DNA of 64,000 nt, from assembly GCA_003971905.1 (NCBI GenBank), contig RSEE01000158.1:1-64000 (forward strand). The letters run 5' to 3'. The first letter of the stretch is position 1, and every line of letters starts with the position of its first letter. The DNA comes from Moniliella sp. 'wahieum' (lineage: Eukaryota). A program made the translations under genes and the position numbers. Shown piece by piece: positions 20,731 through 32,444 of the stretch. A model generated the notes under the pieces. It made no database searches, was not told where the DNA came from, and saw only the letters and a list, made by a program, of their open reading frames with translations.

Positions 20731-23700
20731 CCCGCTTCAGCAGCTGTGCGCCAGGCCTGCATGGTAGCGAATGTGTCTGGCACAACCGGCGGGCACCTTG
20801 CCGCCGTCGGCAACGCTCCCTGCTGCAGTGCAAGTCTACAGGGCTGCTACGGCGGCAGCGGACAGCGAGCAGCCCCGCAAGCAGCAGCAATCGACTGCCT
20901 CTCCGCGAGACGCGCAGAAAGGGCTGTTCCGTCGTGGGGTTAATGTTAAACGTGCGTTTGCCGCCGCGCTTGGCGCGCAGAAGTCCTCCACATTGGCCGC
21001 GGCCACACCGCCCAAGCCCCCTCCCCGATCTGGCCGGCTGCGTTTAAGATCGCTTTGCCTCTCCACGACCAACCCGCTGGGACTCTATGTAGGGCTCATG
21101 TCCTTGCTTCCTTCTCGCGCTGCGCACCAAGCCGGATGCATGCTCACGGGGGCCCACGCCCCTCGGCTCCGCTTTTTGCTGTCCATCCTGTCGATGCAGT
21201 GCCTGAACTGGCATCGAGAGCGCGGTTGCGTTACCGAGCTCGGCATGATGCGCAGCGGTGGAATGCAAATCAACCTGGAGGCGATCCACCCGTGGGATGC
21301 GTATCTTGATGGTGGTGATTCCTGTACGTGTCCATCTCCTTCTGCTGAAACCTAAGTTGCTGACGTTTCACCTTAGCTGGACGCAGCACTAGAAGCAATA
21401 TTGCTCACAAGCAACCATTAACTTGTCACGTCAACGTCCCCCAGCCAGTTGGGCAAGGCGCCAATACCGGGAGTATTGGCAAAGGCAGGGCACGCCTTCC
21501 GCCCCTGCGGATGCGCCGGCAGCAAAGACCTCTACGGCTGGCGAAGAGCAGAAGCTGCTCGCTGCTGCTGCGTTGGGGAATGGGCGCGTAGAACAGGTCC
21601 GGGGGGGGGGCGTGGCTGCTCTTCACTACCCTCGTTGGACCCCTGAAGAGGATGGAGACGGGGTGGGTAGTGTCAATGAGCCTCACTCTCGATTGGATAC
21701 TGATCGTGGATGTAACTGCCTCGCGGGACGCGTTTATTGATCAGGTGGACTGGGGCCAACCACTTAACCGAGCTATGCCAAAGTGAATCCTCCACCTCGT
21801 CCTTTTGTTCGCCTCTCGCAGCAGGGCTGTGCCCCATTGCGCTCCCTTTTTTCCCCTCCCGAAGTCGTGCCCCCACGCCTCCGCTGCCCGCACAGACCGG
21901 CCAGGTCCTCACCCAGTATGGCTGGGTGTTCTTTAATAGGAACCCGCCTTGATCTCCACCCAAAACTGATCGAAAATGGGCCGAACTCTCGGCTGGTCCA
22001 GCAGAAGGCCCAAGCTCTTCTCAGTCACATCGCGGCGGAGACCGCCGCACCGACCTTCACGATACGCAATCCCTTCCACACGGCGAACATTCCTCTCACC
22101 TCAAGCTTGCTGCTGCCGACAGTCAGCGCCTTTCATACCAAAGCCAAAAACGATGATCCGCGCGGCCCTACCCACTACGGGGTCATGATTCTCTCTATGG
22201 TTTAACATGTACGACGACGACCCCTACCCACACTTCCTCTGGTATGATGTATGACGACGCGCTTGTGCAGGCCCGAACGTACAAGCACAGGTGTGCTGAC
22301 GGAGATGGATCATGAAGAGTGTCCGAGAACTAACGCAAGGACATGGATCAAACCGCTGCCCGCTTTTCATTTATGTGGAAGATCTTAGCGGTTCTTTTGG
22401 AAGCTGCCAAGTGATATGCTTCCAGGCTCCGCCTCTTCTTGGGGCCACTATCCTACTGCTCATATTAGAGCACTCTCTCCCCCCTCTCCCAGATGGGAAT
22501 CAAGTCCAAGGGAGAGTGGGGCACATTGTGCGTAGGCTAGACATTCTGTCACAGAAAGCGATCGAGGCAAAGGGCCCAAGCAAGAAAAGGTTCCAAAACG
22601 CAGCGTACAAGAGGCGCAAACGCAACGTGCCAAGATCATGGGCTTCTGCATTGGGACTAGTATCACCTGACTGACGTTCTTGCGGGCCAAGAATGTGGAT
22701 CAAAACCGCTCGCTACCCTGCCTGAAATCCCTCCCGTTGCCCCACCGGTTGTTCATTTTGCGGTTCGTGCTTGCAGCAGCCCCTCCGCCATCTGTTTCAC
22801 TCGAGGCGGAGAAACGAATCTGGCAAGGGCCAAACTCCCGTGGGTAGGTGAGCAGCAATAGCACGAGGCAAGTCATCCGGGGCGACGATCGGGCAATGTT
22901 GTCGGTCAATGGTAGGACCAAGTTATGCCCGTCACTTTGGGCAGATCACTCCTGCTCTCTCCTCTTGACTTTGCTCCACCAGCCAACGCATTGACTTGGG
23001 CAGCGAGGCGAACGTACGGGTGGACCAGGTGATCGGCAGCCAACCAGAGGGGCCCGAGCCTGCTCCTCGTCCTGGCACAAGAAAAAAGACCACGGTTTTG
23101 CTCGCCCGTCAGCATACGAAGCTGCTGCTCCTGTGACTACATCGTTGGGCCTGGCTGATTGAGAAAGCAGAAGTGCTCGATCGGAGCTGGAGGTCGGTGG
23201 TGCCCTCCAAACCAGCGTTCGCTTTTCCTGGCCACGGGATCATGGCTGGGTACGGGACATTCCGGCCACTATGGTAAAGCCCGACGACCGATCCAACAAT
23301 CCGGAGCGAATTGGACGCTCCCACGCCACTGTCACCGTCGCTGAGGTCACGATTGCAAACGCAGGTACTCCAAAGAGCCCATCCATATCGAACAGCCTAA
23401 CCCTTTGGTCCTTCGGAGACAAGACGCGCGACGCCTATCCTACGTCGTTTCTGCCATCGGCTCGCCTCCGTCCCTCCGGCACACGCGCTGTGCAAGGAGA
23501 TGAACGCCTTGTTCGACACGGAGGCCAAAGCAAGGCACCAACGTACAATCCTTGTGCAACGGGTGACTAGCTCTGTTCCCTTGGTCTTCGCTGCGGGTGA
23601 CTACGCCTATTATTAGTCCAGGCTGCTTTGGCGTACTCCAAGTGGAGAGCAAGCTTCGGTTGCCATTGCGCATTCATCTTGCCGCTCGTGCGAGCTAAGG

Positions 23701-24260
23701 TATAAGGATCACCCCATCCAAATGCACCACTCCTTTAACACATGGATCAAGGGGCTTTTACTTGATTTCCCCGCCGACCACATTGCCAAACCACAGCCTA
23801 GGAGGCGGACTATGCATTCGCGGTGCTTTGGCTGCCCAAAAATGCAAGACGAGCAAGATGTGTATCCGCAGAACGTTCTGGACTGCGTGCGCTACTTTAG
23901 CTACGAAAGTGTCCAGTGCACTCTTGAATGGAGATGAAGCGGGCAATACAAAACTTGTTCCTTCTCCACGTTTCTACCGCCACCTTCTCCTCCGCCTTGC
24001 CCGCCGTCTGGAGGTCGTGGCGAATCATGTGGTCCCCTTCCGTGATGCGCGTGAACTAGGCCGGTGGGAACTAGCGTAACACCAACAGCTCAGGGCGCAC
24101 GCGCTACGCCAGGCAGTCGGTGCCGGCTGTGCTCAGCCCAGTCAGGCAGCCGAAGCGGACCACCCCAGCAGTTCCGATTCGGATCCATTCGAGTGGTGGA
24201 GTGCGCTGTGCTCACTCCGCTGGGCAGCGCAATGGTGCGGCGTCGGTTCAAACGAGGCGG
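20731..24260 (+). repeat. Segmental duplication copy A (paralog ~25008-29260; older partial copies ~16740-17230 and ~19100-19760)
   Basis: Colinear matches from GCTTCAGCAGCTGTGCGCCAGG through GGAATGCAAATCAACCTGGAGGCG and TGGACCCCT.AA.AGGATGGAGA to TCGTGGCGAATCATGTGG. Confidence 0.85.
22260..23735 (+). mobile_element. Heavily decayed RT-RLE relic of the CRE-like family
   Basis: CAAGTCCAAGGG (KSKG), TGGTCCTTCGGAGACAAGACGCGCGACGCC (WSFGDKTRDA), GTTCCCTTGGTCTTC (VPLVF); many stops and deletions. Confidence 0.8.
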
Positions 24261-24935
24261 CCGGTCGGTTGGGAAGAGCGTATTTAGATCATCCCGACGA
24301 TGACGCCGTGTTCAACCTGCTTGCCCTGCCGAATGCGGGCTTGCGGGGGGGCTCTTCGCCGCCGCGTTTGTGCCACCCTCAGGGCCTATCCGGAGGTGGC
24401 GTGGCCGCCAGCTATGGAGAAGGGCTCTGCAGAGCGCCAGCGTTCCGATGATTTGACCCGTGCACACCGCCAGGTCAAAGAGGGCATGCTGGGACGTGCG
24501 GCGCGTACGTTGCGTCCCCAGGATGCGGCGGTGGGGTTTGGGCCGGAAACGGTTGAGGCCCTGCGCGCGAAGCACTCTGCATGCCCGAAGAAACCCGCTG
24601 GCTGGTTGGTGGTTCGGCAAATGTCGGAGCGGGTCCCGCCTGGTTTAACGGGCGACACCGCAGCGGCGGACGCCGGCGAGCCCCCAATGGTTTTGGAGTT
24701 GGATGATAAGGGCATCTATCGCGCGGCAAGCAGCTTCTCCCGGGACGTGGGGGGAGGCGTGGGCGGATGGTCGGTGCCTCTTCTCCAGTTGGCTCTAAAG
24801 CACGATGACTTTAGAGCGGCTCTCAAATCCATGGCGTGTGCATGTTTCATGGGACGTGCCCGGGTGCTCAGCTGTTGTGCACCAGTAGGCTGACGGCACT
24901 TGCGAAGCCTGACGGTGGAGTGAGACCGATTGCCG
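24190..24935 (+). mobile_element. CRE-like relic, pre-RT to RT N-terminus
   Basis: MVRRRFK, RAYLDHPDDDAVFNLLALP, GMLGRAARTL, FSRDVGGGVGGWSVPLLQLALKHDDF, CTSRLTALAKPDGGVRPIA; protein-level similarity to the young copies with diverged DNA. Confidence 0.88.
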
Positions 24936-26544
24936 GTGCCTTCCGCACCTCACTCTGTCGCGCCGACCTCCATCTCTACGAAAGAAGATGGTGGTCGGCG
25001 CCACACGCCTGCTTCAGCAGCTGTGCGCCAGGTCTGCGTTCCAGCGAGCCGTGCCTGGCCACACGGCGAGTGCCTTGCCACCGTCAAGAGTGCACCCTGC
25101 TGCTGTGCAAGTCCGGAGGGCTACTGCTCATGACAGGGAAGGGGAGCTTGGTTGTGATATTTCGTGGCCGCAGCGATGAACGGTAGCAGCCCAAGTAGCA
25201 GCAATCGACTGCCTCTCCGCGAGACTCCCCGAAAGCGCTGCTCCCGTCCCGAGGTTACGTGCGTTTGCCGCCTCGCTTGGCGAGCACACGCAGTCGCAGT
25301 TCCTCCACATTGGCCGCCGCCACAGGGCTCAGTCTTAGCCCGCGCCGATTCTGGTCTGGCCTCGTCTGGGACAGCGTTTGCCTCTCTACCACCAACACGC
25401 TGGGGCTCTGCTACGCCTCGTATCCTTGCTGTCTCTAAGCTGCGCACCAACCCGGATGCGTGCTCACGAGAGGGCACGCTCCTCGGCTCCGCTTTTTGCT
25501 GTCCGTCCTTGTTCATGCAGCACCCGAACTAGCATCGAGAGGGTGGCTGGGTTCCCGAGGTTGACACGATGCGCAGTGGCGGAATGCAAATCAACCTGGA
25601 GGCGGCCCACCCATGGGGTGCCGCAACTTTGATGGTGGTGATGCCTGTACGCGTTTATGTACCCTTCTTCTAGAACCCCAGTTGCTGACATTTCACATTA
25701 GCTCGCCGCAACTCCAGAGGCACTGTGCGCCCACTCAAGCAGTCTTTATCTCGTCGCATCCACGTCCCCCCAACACATTGTGCAAGGCGCCAATTCAGGC
25801 AATATTGGCAAGGGCAGGGCACGCTTCCCGCTCCCTGCGGATACGCCGGGAGGGAGGCCTCTACGGCTGGCGAAGAGCAGATGCTACTCCATACTGCTCT
25901 GCTGTGCGGGACGGGTGCCCATAACAGGGCCCAGAACAGGTCCGGGGGGGCGCGGCTCTTCTTCATCCCCTCGATGGACCCCTAAAAAGGATGGAGATGG
26001 TGTTGGTGAGCCTCACTCTCGATTGGATATAACTGCCTCGCCCACCTAACCCGAGCTATGCCGAAGTGAATCCTCCACCTCGCCCTTTTTGTTCGCCGCT
26101 CGTAGCAGGGCTGTGGCCCCATTGCGCCTCCCTTTGTTCTCCCTTCCCCAATTCGCAGCCCGCACGTCTCCGCTGCCCCACAGATCGGCCAGATCCTCTC
26201 CCACCAGAGTGGCTGGGTGTTCCTCAACATGGAAACCGCATTGATCCCCACCCAAGACTTATCGAATGGGCCCGGCCTGGTTCCAGCAGCAGGCCCAAAC
26301 TCTTCTCACACGCACTCCCGGCGCAGACCGCAAAGACCTCCATGATGCACAATCTCTTCCACACGGCGAACGCGTTCCTCTCCTCAAGCTTGCTGCCGCC
26401 GACCGTCAGCGCCTTTCATACTAAAGACGAAACAATCATCCACACGGCCCTATTCAATACCGGGGTCATGATTATTTCTACTGTTTTACATGTACGACGA
26501 CGATCCCCACCCACACTTCCTCTGGTATGATATACTGACCGACG

Positions 26545-28095
26545 CGCTTGTGCAGGCCGGAACGTACAGGCACGGGTATGCAGACGGAGATGGATGGTCA
26601 AGAGTGTCCGAGCACTACGGCACGGACATGGGTCAAACCAGTGCCCGCTCTTCATTTACGTGGGAAATGTTAGTGGTCCGGCATCGCTTTACACTTGGCC
26701 ATCCCTCAACATGATGACGCTGTGGAAGCTGCCCATATGCTTCCAAGGTCCGTCTCGTCTTGGAGCCAATATCCTACCACTGCATATCAGAGTAACCCCC
26801 CTCTTCTCCCAGATGGGACTCAAGTCCAAGGGAGAGTGGGACAGATGGTGCGTTGGCTGGGCACTTCGTTACAGAAGGCGATCGAGGCGAAGGGCCCGAG
26901 TGAACAAAAAATCGGTTCCAATGTGTAACGTGCCTCGACTTAAACACAGCGTGCAAGATGTGCAAGCGCAACGTGCCAAGATCGTGGGCTTCTGCATTGG
27001 GGATAGTATCACCTGACTGATGATCTTGCGAGTCAAGAATGTGGATCAAACCACTCGCTACCCTGCTTAAAACCCCTCCCGTTGCCCCATCGGTTGTTCA
27101 TTTTCGGTTCGTCTTTGCAGCAACTCCTCCGCCATCTGTTTCGCTCGAGGCGGAGAAACGAATCTGGCACTGGCCAAACTCCCCCTGGGTAGGTGAGCAG
27201 GAATGACACGAGGCAAGTCATCCCGGGCGATGATCGCGGCAATGTGGTCGATCAATGGTAGGACCAAGTTGTCATCCCGATGCTCGTCGGTTTGGGCAGA
27301 TCAGTCTTGCTCTCTCCTCTTGACTTTGCTCCACAGGCCAGGCATCGACTTGCACAGAGAGGTGAACCTATTGGCGGACGAGCTCTTCGGAGTCATGTAG
27401 GGGCATAAGAGCCTGCTCCTCGCACACGGCGCAAGGAAAAGACTGCGGTTTTTCTCGCCCGCCAGCATACGAAGCTATTGCCTCCCGTGATTACACCGCT
27501 GTGGCTCCTGACTGATCGAGAAAGCAGAAGTGCTCGATCAGAGCTGGAGGTCGGGGTGCCCTCTAATCCAGCACTCACTTTTCCTGGCCACGGGGCCATG
27601 ACTGAGTCGCAGGACATTCCGACCACTATGGTAGAGCACTTATCCAACAATCCGGAGCGAATTGGGCGCATCCACGCCACTGTCACCCGGGCTGAGATCA
27701 CGATGGTTAAGGCAGGCGCTCCAAAGAGCCCATCCATATTGAACGGCCTAACGCTTTGGTCATTCGGGGACAAGACGCGCGACGCCTATCCTACGTCGTG
27801 TCTGTCATCCACACGTTGCCGCCCACACTCGTTGTGCAAGAAGGAGATGATCACCTTGCTCGACGCGGAGGCCAAAGCAACGGACCAACGTACAATTTTA
27901 GTGTAACGGGTGTCTAACTCTGTTCCCTTGGTCTTCCTTCAGGGTGACTACGCCTGTGGTTAGTCCAGGGCTGATTTGGCACACTGCCAGTGGAGAGCAA
28001 GCGTTGGTTGTCATTCCTCATTTGCCTTGCCGCTCGGTCTCTTGCGCTGCGCGAGCAAAGGTATAAGGATCACTCCATCCAAACGCACCACCCTG
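26545..28095 (+). mobile_element. Decayed RT-RLE relic (paralog of 22260-23735)
   Basis: QMGLKSKG; LTFPGHGAM; GLTLWSFGDKTRDA; CKKEM; VPLVF. Confidence 0.8.
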
Positions 28096-28871
28096 TAGGG
28101 CATGTATCAAGGCGCTTTTGCTTGATTTCCCTGCCGACCATGTTGTAAAAACCACAGCCTAGGAGCCAGACTAGTCATTCGCGGTGCTTTGGCTGCTACA
28201 AGACGAGCAAGATGTGTATCCGCAGGAACGTTCTGGACTGCGCACTCTACTTTGGCCACGAATGTGTCCAAAGCACTCTGGTGTACGACTCCTCGAGTAG
28301 TATGGAAGCGAGTTCAGTCAAATTAGTGTGATGGCCACTTTTTGCTCTGACATTTAGCGTAAGGAGGCTCGAGCCATCAACCCCGTCATCAGGACGGTAC
28401 CCGAAATGGTGAGGTCCGTTGCCGACCCCGTTCCCGTCACACGCCGATTGCCAAGCCAAAACTGGGCCGAAAGTAGCCAGCCAGCGTAGTGGGCCGGGCG
28501 CACCCCAAGACCTCGTGGGCTGGACGGGGAGAAGCCTTGTCTCGGTCGCCCTTGCTTGAGGGGTGATGGGCGGCTCTGGCTCGCGATGTGAGGGACGGCA
28601 CTCACGGGTTCCCTGCGGTTTTCTTCGTACGTTCATCCCCCAAACAGCCGGTCGGTATGGAATGCATGACAACCACACCCTACCCGACTGTTGTTCCTCT
28701 GGTCTACGCCAAGAGCGACGGGAACGAGGTAATGGTGCGTGGTGGGATGTTGATCCCGTCTGGGCGAGATGTGGATCGGATGCAGGACCAAACGCGCCAG
28801 TTGGCGGTGGCAAGAGAGCAGTCCGAGCGGTGCTTACCGAACCGGTTCGTTTGGGCGATGGAGGCGGCTGG

Positions 28872-28906
28872 GGTCACCGGTCACCGGTCACCGGTCACCG
28901 GTCACT
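28872..28906. repeat. Heptamer tandem repeat (GGTCACC)x5
   Basis: Directly visible; the last unit is GGTCACT. Confidence 0.9.
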
Positions 28907-29209
28907 GGAGCAGGATTGATTGCTCGATTGAATCTTGAAACGATCCTGTGGCGGGTGAACCAACAAGCCGCTGGCGCCTCCTGACACGGCCCAAGCTGAA
29001 CTGATTCCTTCTCCATCTTTCCACCACCTCCTTCTCATCCGCCTTGCCCACCGCCTGGAGATCGTGGCGAATCATGTGGCCTGCCGTGGGCGCGTGCTCG
29101 CGGCCGGTGGGAACTCGCGTAACCACCGACAGCCGCTACGCCAGGCAGTCGGGGCTCAGCCCAAACTTGCCACACGAAGCGGACAACCTAGCAGTCCGAT
29201 TCAGGCCCA

Positions 29210-29780
29210 TTCGAGTGGTGGAGCGCGCAGCAGCCTCGCGGCCGGGCAGCACGATGGTGACCCAAACATGCGGCGTTCGCTTGGGAATTGCCTATCTAGA
29301 TCAACTCGACGATCGCGATGCGTTTAACACTGCTTCCTTGAGAAGGCGGGCTGGCAGGGAGGCTCCTCGGTCGACATTTGCGCCTCCCTCAGGACCGATA
29401 TCGAGGAGGCCTGGCCACAGCTATCGATGATTTGGCGCGTGCGCACCGCCATGTCAACCAGGTGTCCTAGGGTGGTCGGCGCCTACGCTGCGTCCCCAGG
29501 ACGCGGGGTTGGGTTGGGCCACAGGCGGCTCTGCGCCCTCGTTGCACGGGTTGCCGCTGCAGGACCGCTTTGTTGCGGGGGTCTCTGCAACAGAATATTC
29601 GGAATCTGCCCGTTCAATGAGGGCGGAGGATCTGGCGGACCAGCTCCAGCAGATGGACGAGTAGCTCTGGCATGATGTGAAGGTAATCCGGGAGGGGTGA
29701 TCCGAGAGTGCGAGGCTGGTCAGAGGTGGGACAAAGCTCTTTTCTCCTTGCCAGCCCATATGGGTGGCTTAGTCTTTCGG
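29210..29780 (+). mobile_element. Internally deleted CRE-like relic
   Basis: RPGSTMV and IAYLDQLDD, then a jump to EDLADQLQQMD and GQRWDKALFSLPAHMGGL (cf. GQRWDEALLSLPARSGGL). Confidence 0.75.
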
Positions 29781-32444
29781 GTGCCAACAGTGGTGGTATT
29801 CCGGTTGTCTATTCAAGGCACTGGTAAGACGGGGTTGGATATAGCGCCTTCCATTGCAGTGGGCCTGCTGGATCCCTGATGGACTGGACTCATATCACAC
29901 CTGTCCTCCGCGGTGGTGCTGCGGCCAAGATGGGGTTGGCGCTTCCATCAGGCACTCTGTGAAGCGGTGAGATATCTCGCGGTCCGCTTTTGGTTCCTGT
30001 TCGCATGCGACAAGCCTATGGCACCACCGCCTTCCTTTCGGCCATACGGCCGCCCGAAGGGCGAGACGTGCCAATGCAGTTTCCCTCTTTCTTCTATTAC
30101 ATCCACTTGTTAGTAATCATGGCGGAACACCAACCCTTGCTCTCCAGTGACGTACTGACCAGCGCGCTAAACAGGTACCAATACGTTAGGCGCAGGAGAA
30201 TAGCCGATGGATTAAGCAAGTGATCGCCTTGCTATACTCGAGACATTTCCTCCGCCAGCGGTCAAACATCCCTCCAGGCAATGATGAGCTCGAATGGTGG
30301 CGGGGCAGGTTGGACAGGACCCGCTGTCGACGATGACTAACCATTATGAAGGTGTAGATCGAATCTTGGCCAGCTTCTTCCATGACCTGGTGCCGAGATG
30401 AAGAAGGGATCGCTCACCTGCAGATCGCCTCGTTCAAGCCGACTAATGTGGCTCAGTCATGGGGTGTACGACCTGTGGATGAGAAAGAGTGCGGGTGCTG
30501 ACTGTCCCTCGTGATGTGTGCTCGCAGTGTCCGTCTCTCCGGACTTACCGACCTAGGATGGCGCTGGCGCGCTTAATTGGTGTTCATCTGCTCTACGATG
30601 GCCCAAGTTGCTGACATTTCGCATTGGGCGGTGCTGGCGCACACACTGTAAGCCAGGCGCCGGCGAACTGCAACCGGGCGCCGAAGCGGCTGACAGTGGT
30701 CCTGATCCAAAGTAAGTAGAAGGCCCCCAACGCCATTCCAAAGGCAGCGGCCGCGAGCCCATGGCCAAACCAAGTCATGCTGGACCGCCCCTCGGAGCGT
30801 GACGCGTAAGAAAGGGGAGAGACTATGACCATCTTGGCTCACCCAGTGCCTCGCAACACCTATCTTCCAACTCCAGTCAAGTGAATACATCGTCCACCTC
30901 ATCTCTTGCTTCCCCTCTCCTGGACCCTCCATTACCCTCCTTTTCCCCAAATCAGGTTCAGCCGGTGGGGGTCCAATGACACTTGGGGCACGCCGAGGAG
31001 TCTACATCATCCCAACTGCAACACGCATCACCTCCCTCATCTGCCACCGCGTTGCCTCCAGTACATTTCCTGCTACCCTGTTCTGACCACGACAGGTGAA
31101 CAAGAGTAAAGATACTGCATACGGATAGCCCCAGGCCCAAAACCGAAGGGAGAAGATTCGATTCGTGCCGCGTACGGTGGCAGGTGTGGTTGAAGTGGGA
31201 GTGGGAAAGTGGGGAAGGACCCAATACCCTCGACAAAACACCAAGCCAAACAAGGCCGAAACAAGGAACGCAACAAGGATCATGAGCCGTTGAAGTCGGG
31301 GCTTATTAGGGCATGTTGCCCCGTTGACGGCAAAGAACGAGCGCAGCACACGAGTCCGTTGGTGGGTGGCCGAAGGTGACCCGTGGCGGTGGGTAAGAGA
31401 ACAAGGAAAGAGGTGGAGAGGCAGTGGTTGGTGAAATGTCGTCCTAACCCGGTGCAGGGTTGGTGACTGGCGTGCCCGTCTCACTTTCGTTCTACCCCAG
31501 TCAACCTTCCATTTGTACCATCATCAGCTCGGGAACGACCACCGGTCCGCTCATCACCATCTTCCGCCTCTCGATGGCGACTGCCCCATTCACTTTCAGC
31601 TTTATGCACATCCGCATTGCCCCTGCCAGTTGACATGACTATCAAACGTCCAGGGCCAAAGCTTGCGATATTCGGTCTCCCCTCCTCTACTCCTGTGCAG
31701 GCCAGCTCTATGTGCCCTTCCCCGCGTCCCCTCCTGCCAATAGCTTGGAGTCACCATCCCACCTGCTGGGACCATCCACAACAATGCCTGTCAGCCGGCC
31801 ATCGCATACGTCGGGGAAGGTTGCTGGATGAAGCAGTCAGCGACATCGTGTCACTGTGCCGAGGACGATGGCGAGTGCGCTTTGAGTGGGAAATATGGGC
31901 AATCTGAGCAGTCAGGACATCCGTAACGCGTTGCAGGAGACTTGAAAAGTGTGATGATGTGGTTAGCACAGTTCCGGAAGCATGGGGCGTGAGTCTAGCA
32001 ATGTATTTTGATGGAGAAGGAAAGGCGGGGAAGGAGAAGGAGAAGAAGGAGGGACGAGATCAGTGGTGTCAGGGTAGGATGCAAGAGTGGAACGCAAAGC
32101 GGTTACTAAGAATGGTCCTCTTCGATGATTCGAATAATCTCATCTCCCACTCTTCTTGCGTCCCCATCTCCTTCGCAAACTAACAATGCGTCTCTCGCTG
32201 CAGGTTTCTCGACATAGCGATGACACTTTTAAACCTCAACTGAACCGATAATCTATCTCAGTGCTTTTCCAGAGAAGGAGCCGGCCGAACGGGTGATATG
32301 GCTCGCTGCGGCTGGTTCTTCATCGTCGCTTCTTCTCGCAGCTTGAATTAAATTATGGTAGTATCATCTTTCCCCATCTCTTTATCTCCTGGTGCTTAGC
32401 GACCACTCAACCACACGGGCGATGTGTGCCGCTAATTCCTTAGC

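Larger units (their letters stand above)
25008..29260 (+). repeat. Segmental duplication copy B, with an extra ~680 bp at ~28325-29000
   Basis: Colinear with 20731-24260; contains the second RT-RLE relic. Confidence 0.85.

Noticed and set aside
23746..23761. Reverse complement GTAAAAGCCCCTTGAT resembles a short LSU stretch
   Set aside because: Only 16 bp, on the wrong strand, changed in the paralog at ~28106, and explained by a local ATCAAG/CTTGAT hairpin.
28872..28906. CRISPR-like or functional array
   Set aside because: Simple spacerless 7-bp tandem repeat in a eukaryotic context.
30340..30430. Minus-strand FFISAPGHG resembling the phosphoketolase GPGHG motif
   Set aside because: No flanking phosphoketolase motifs, and the motif is not preserved in the paralog near 18380.
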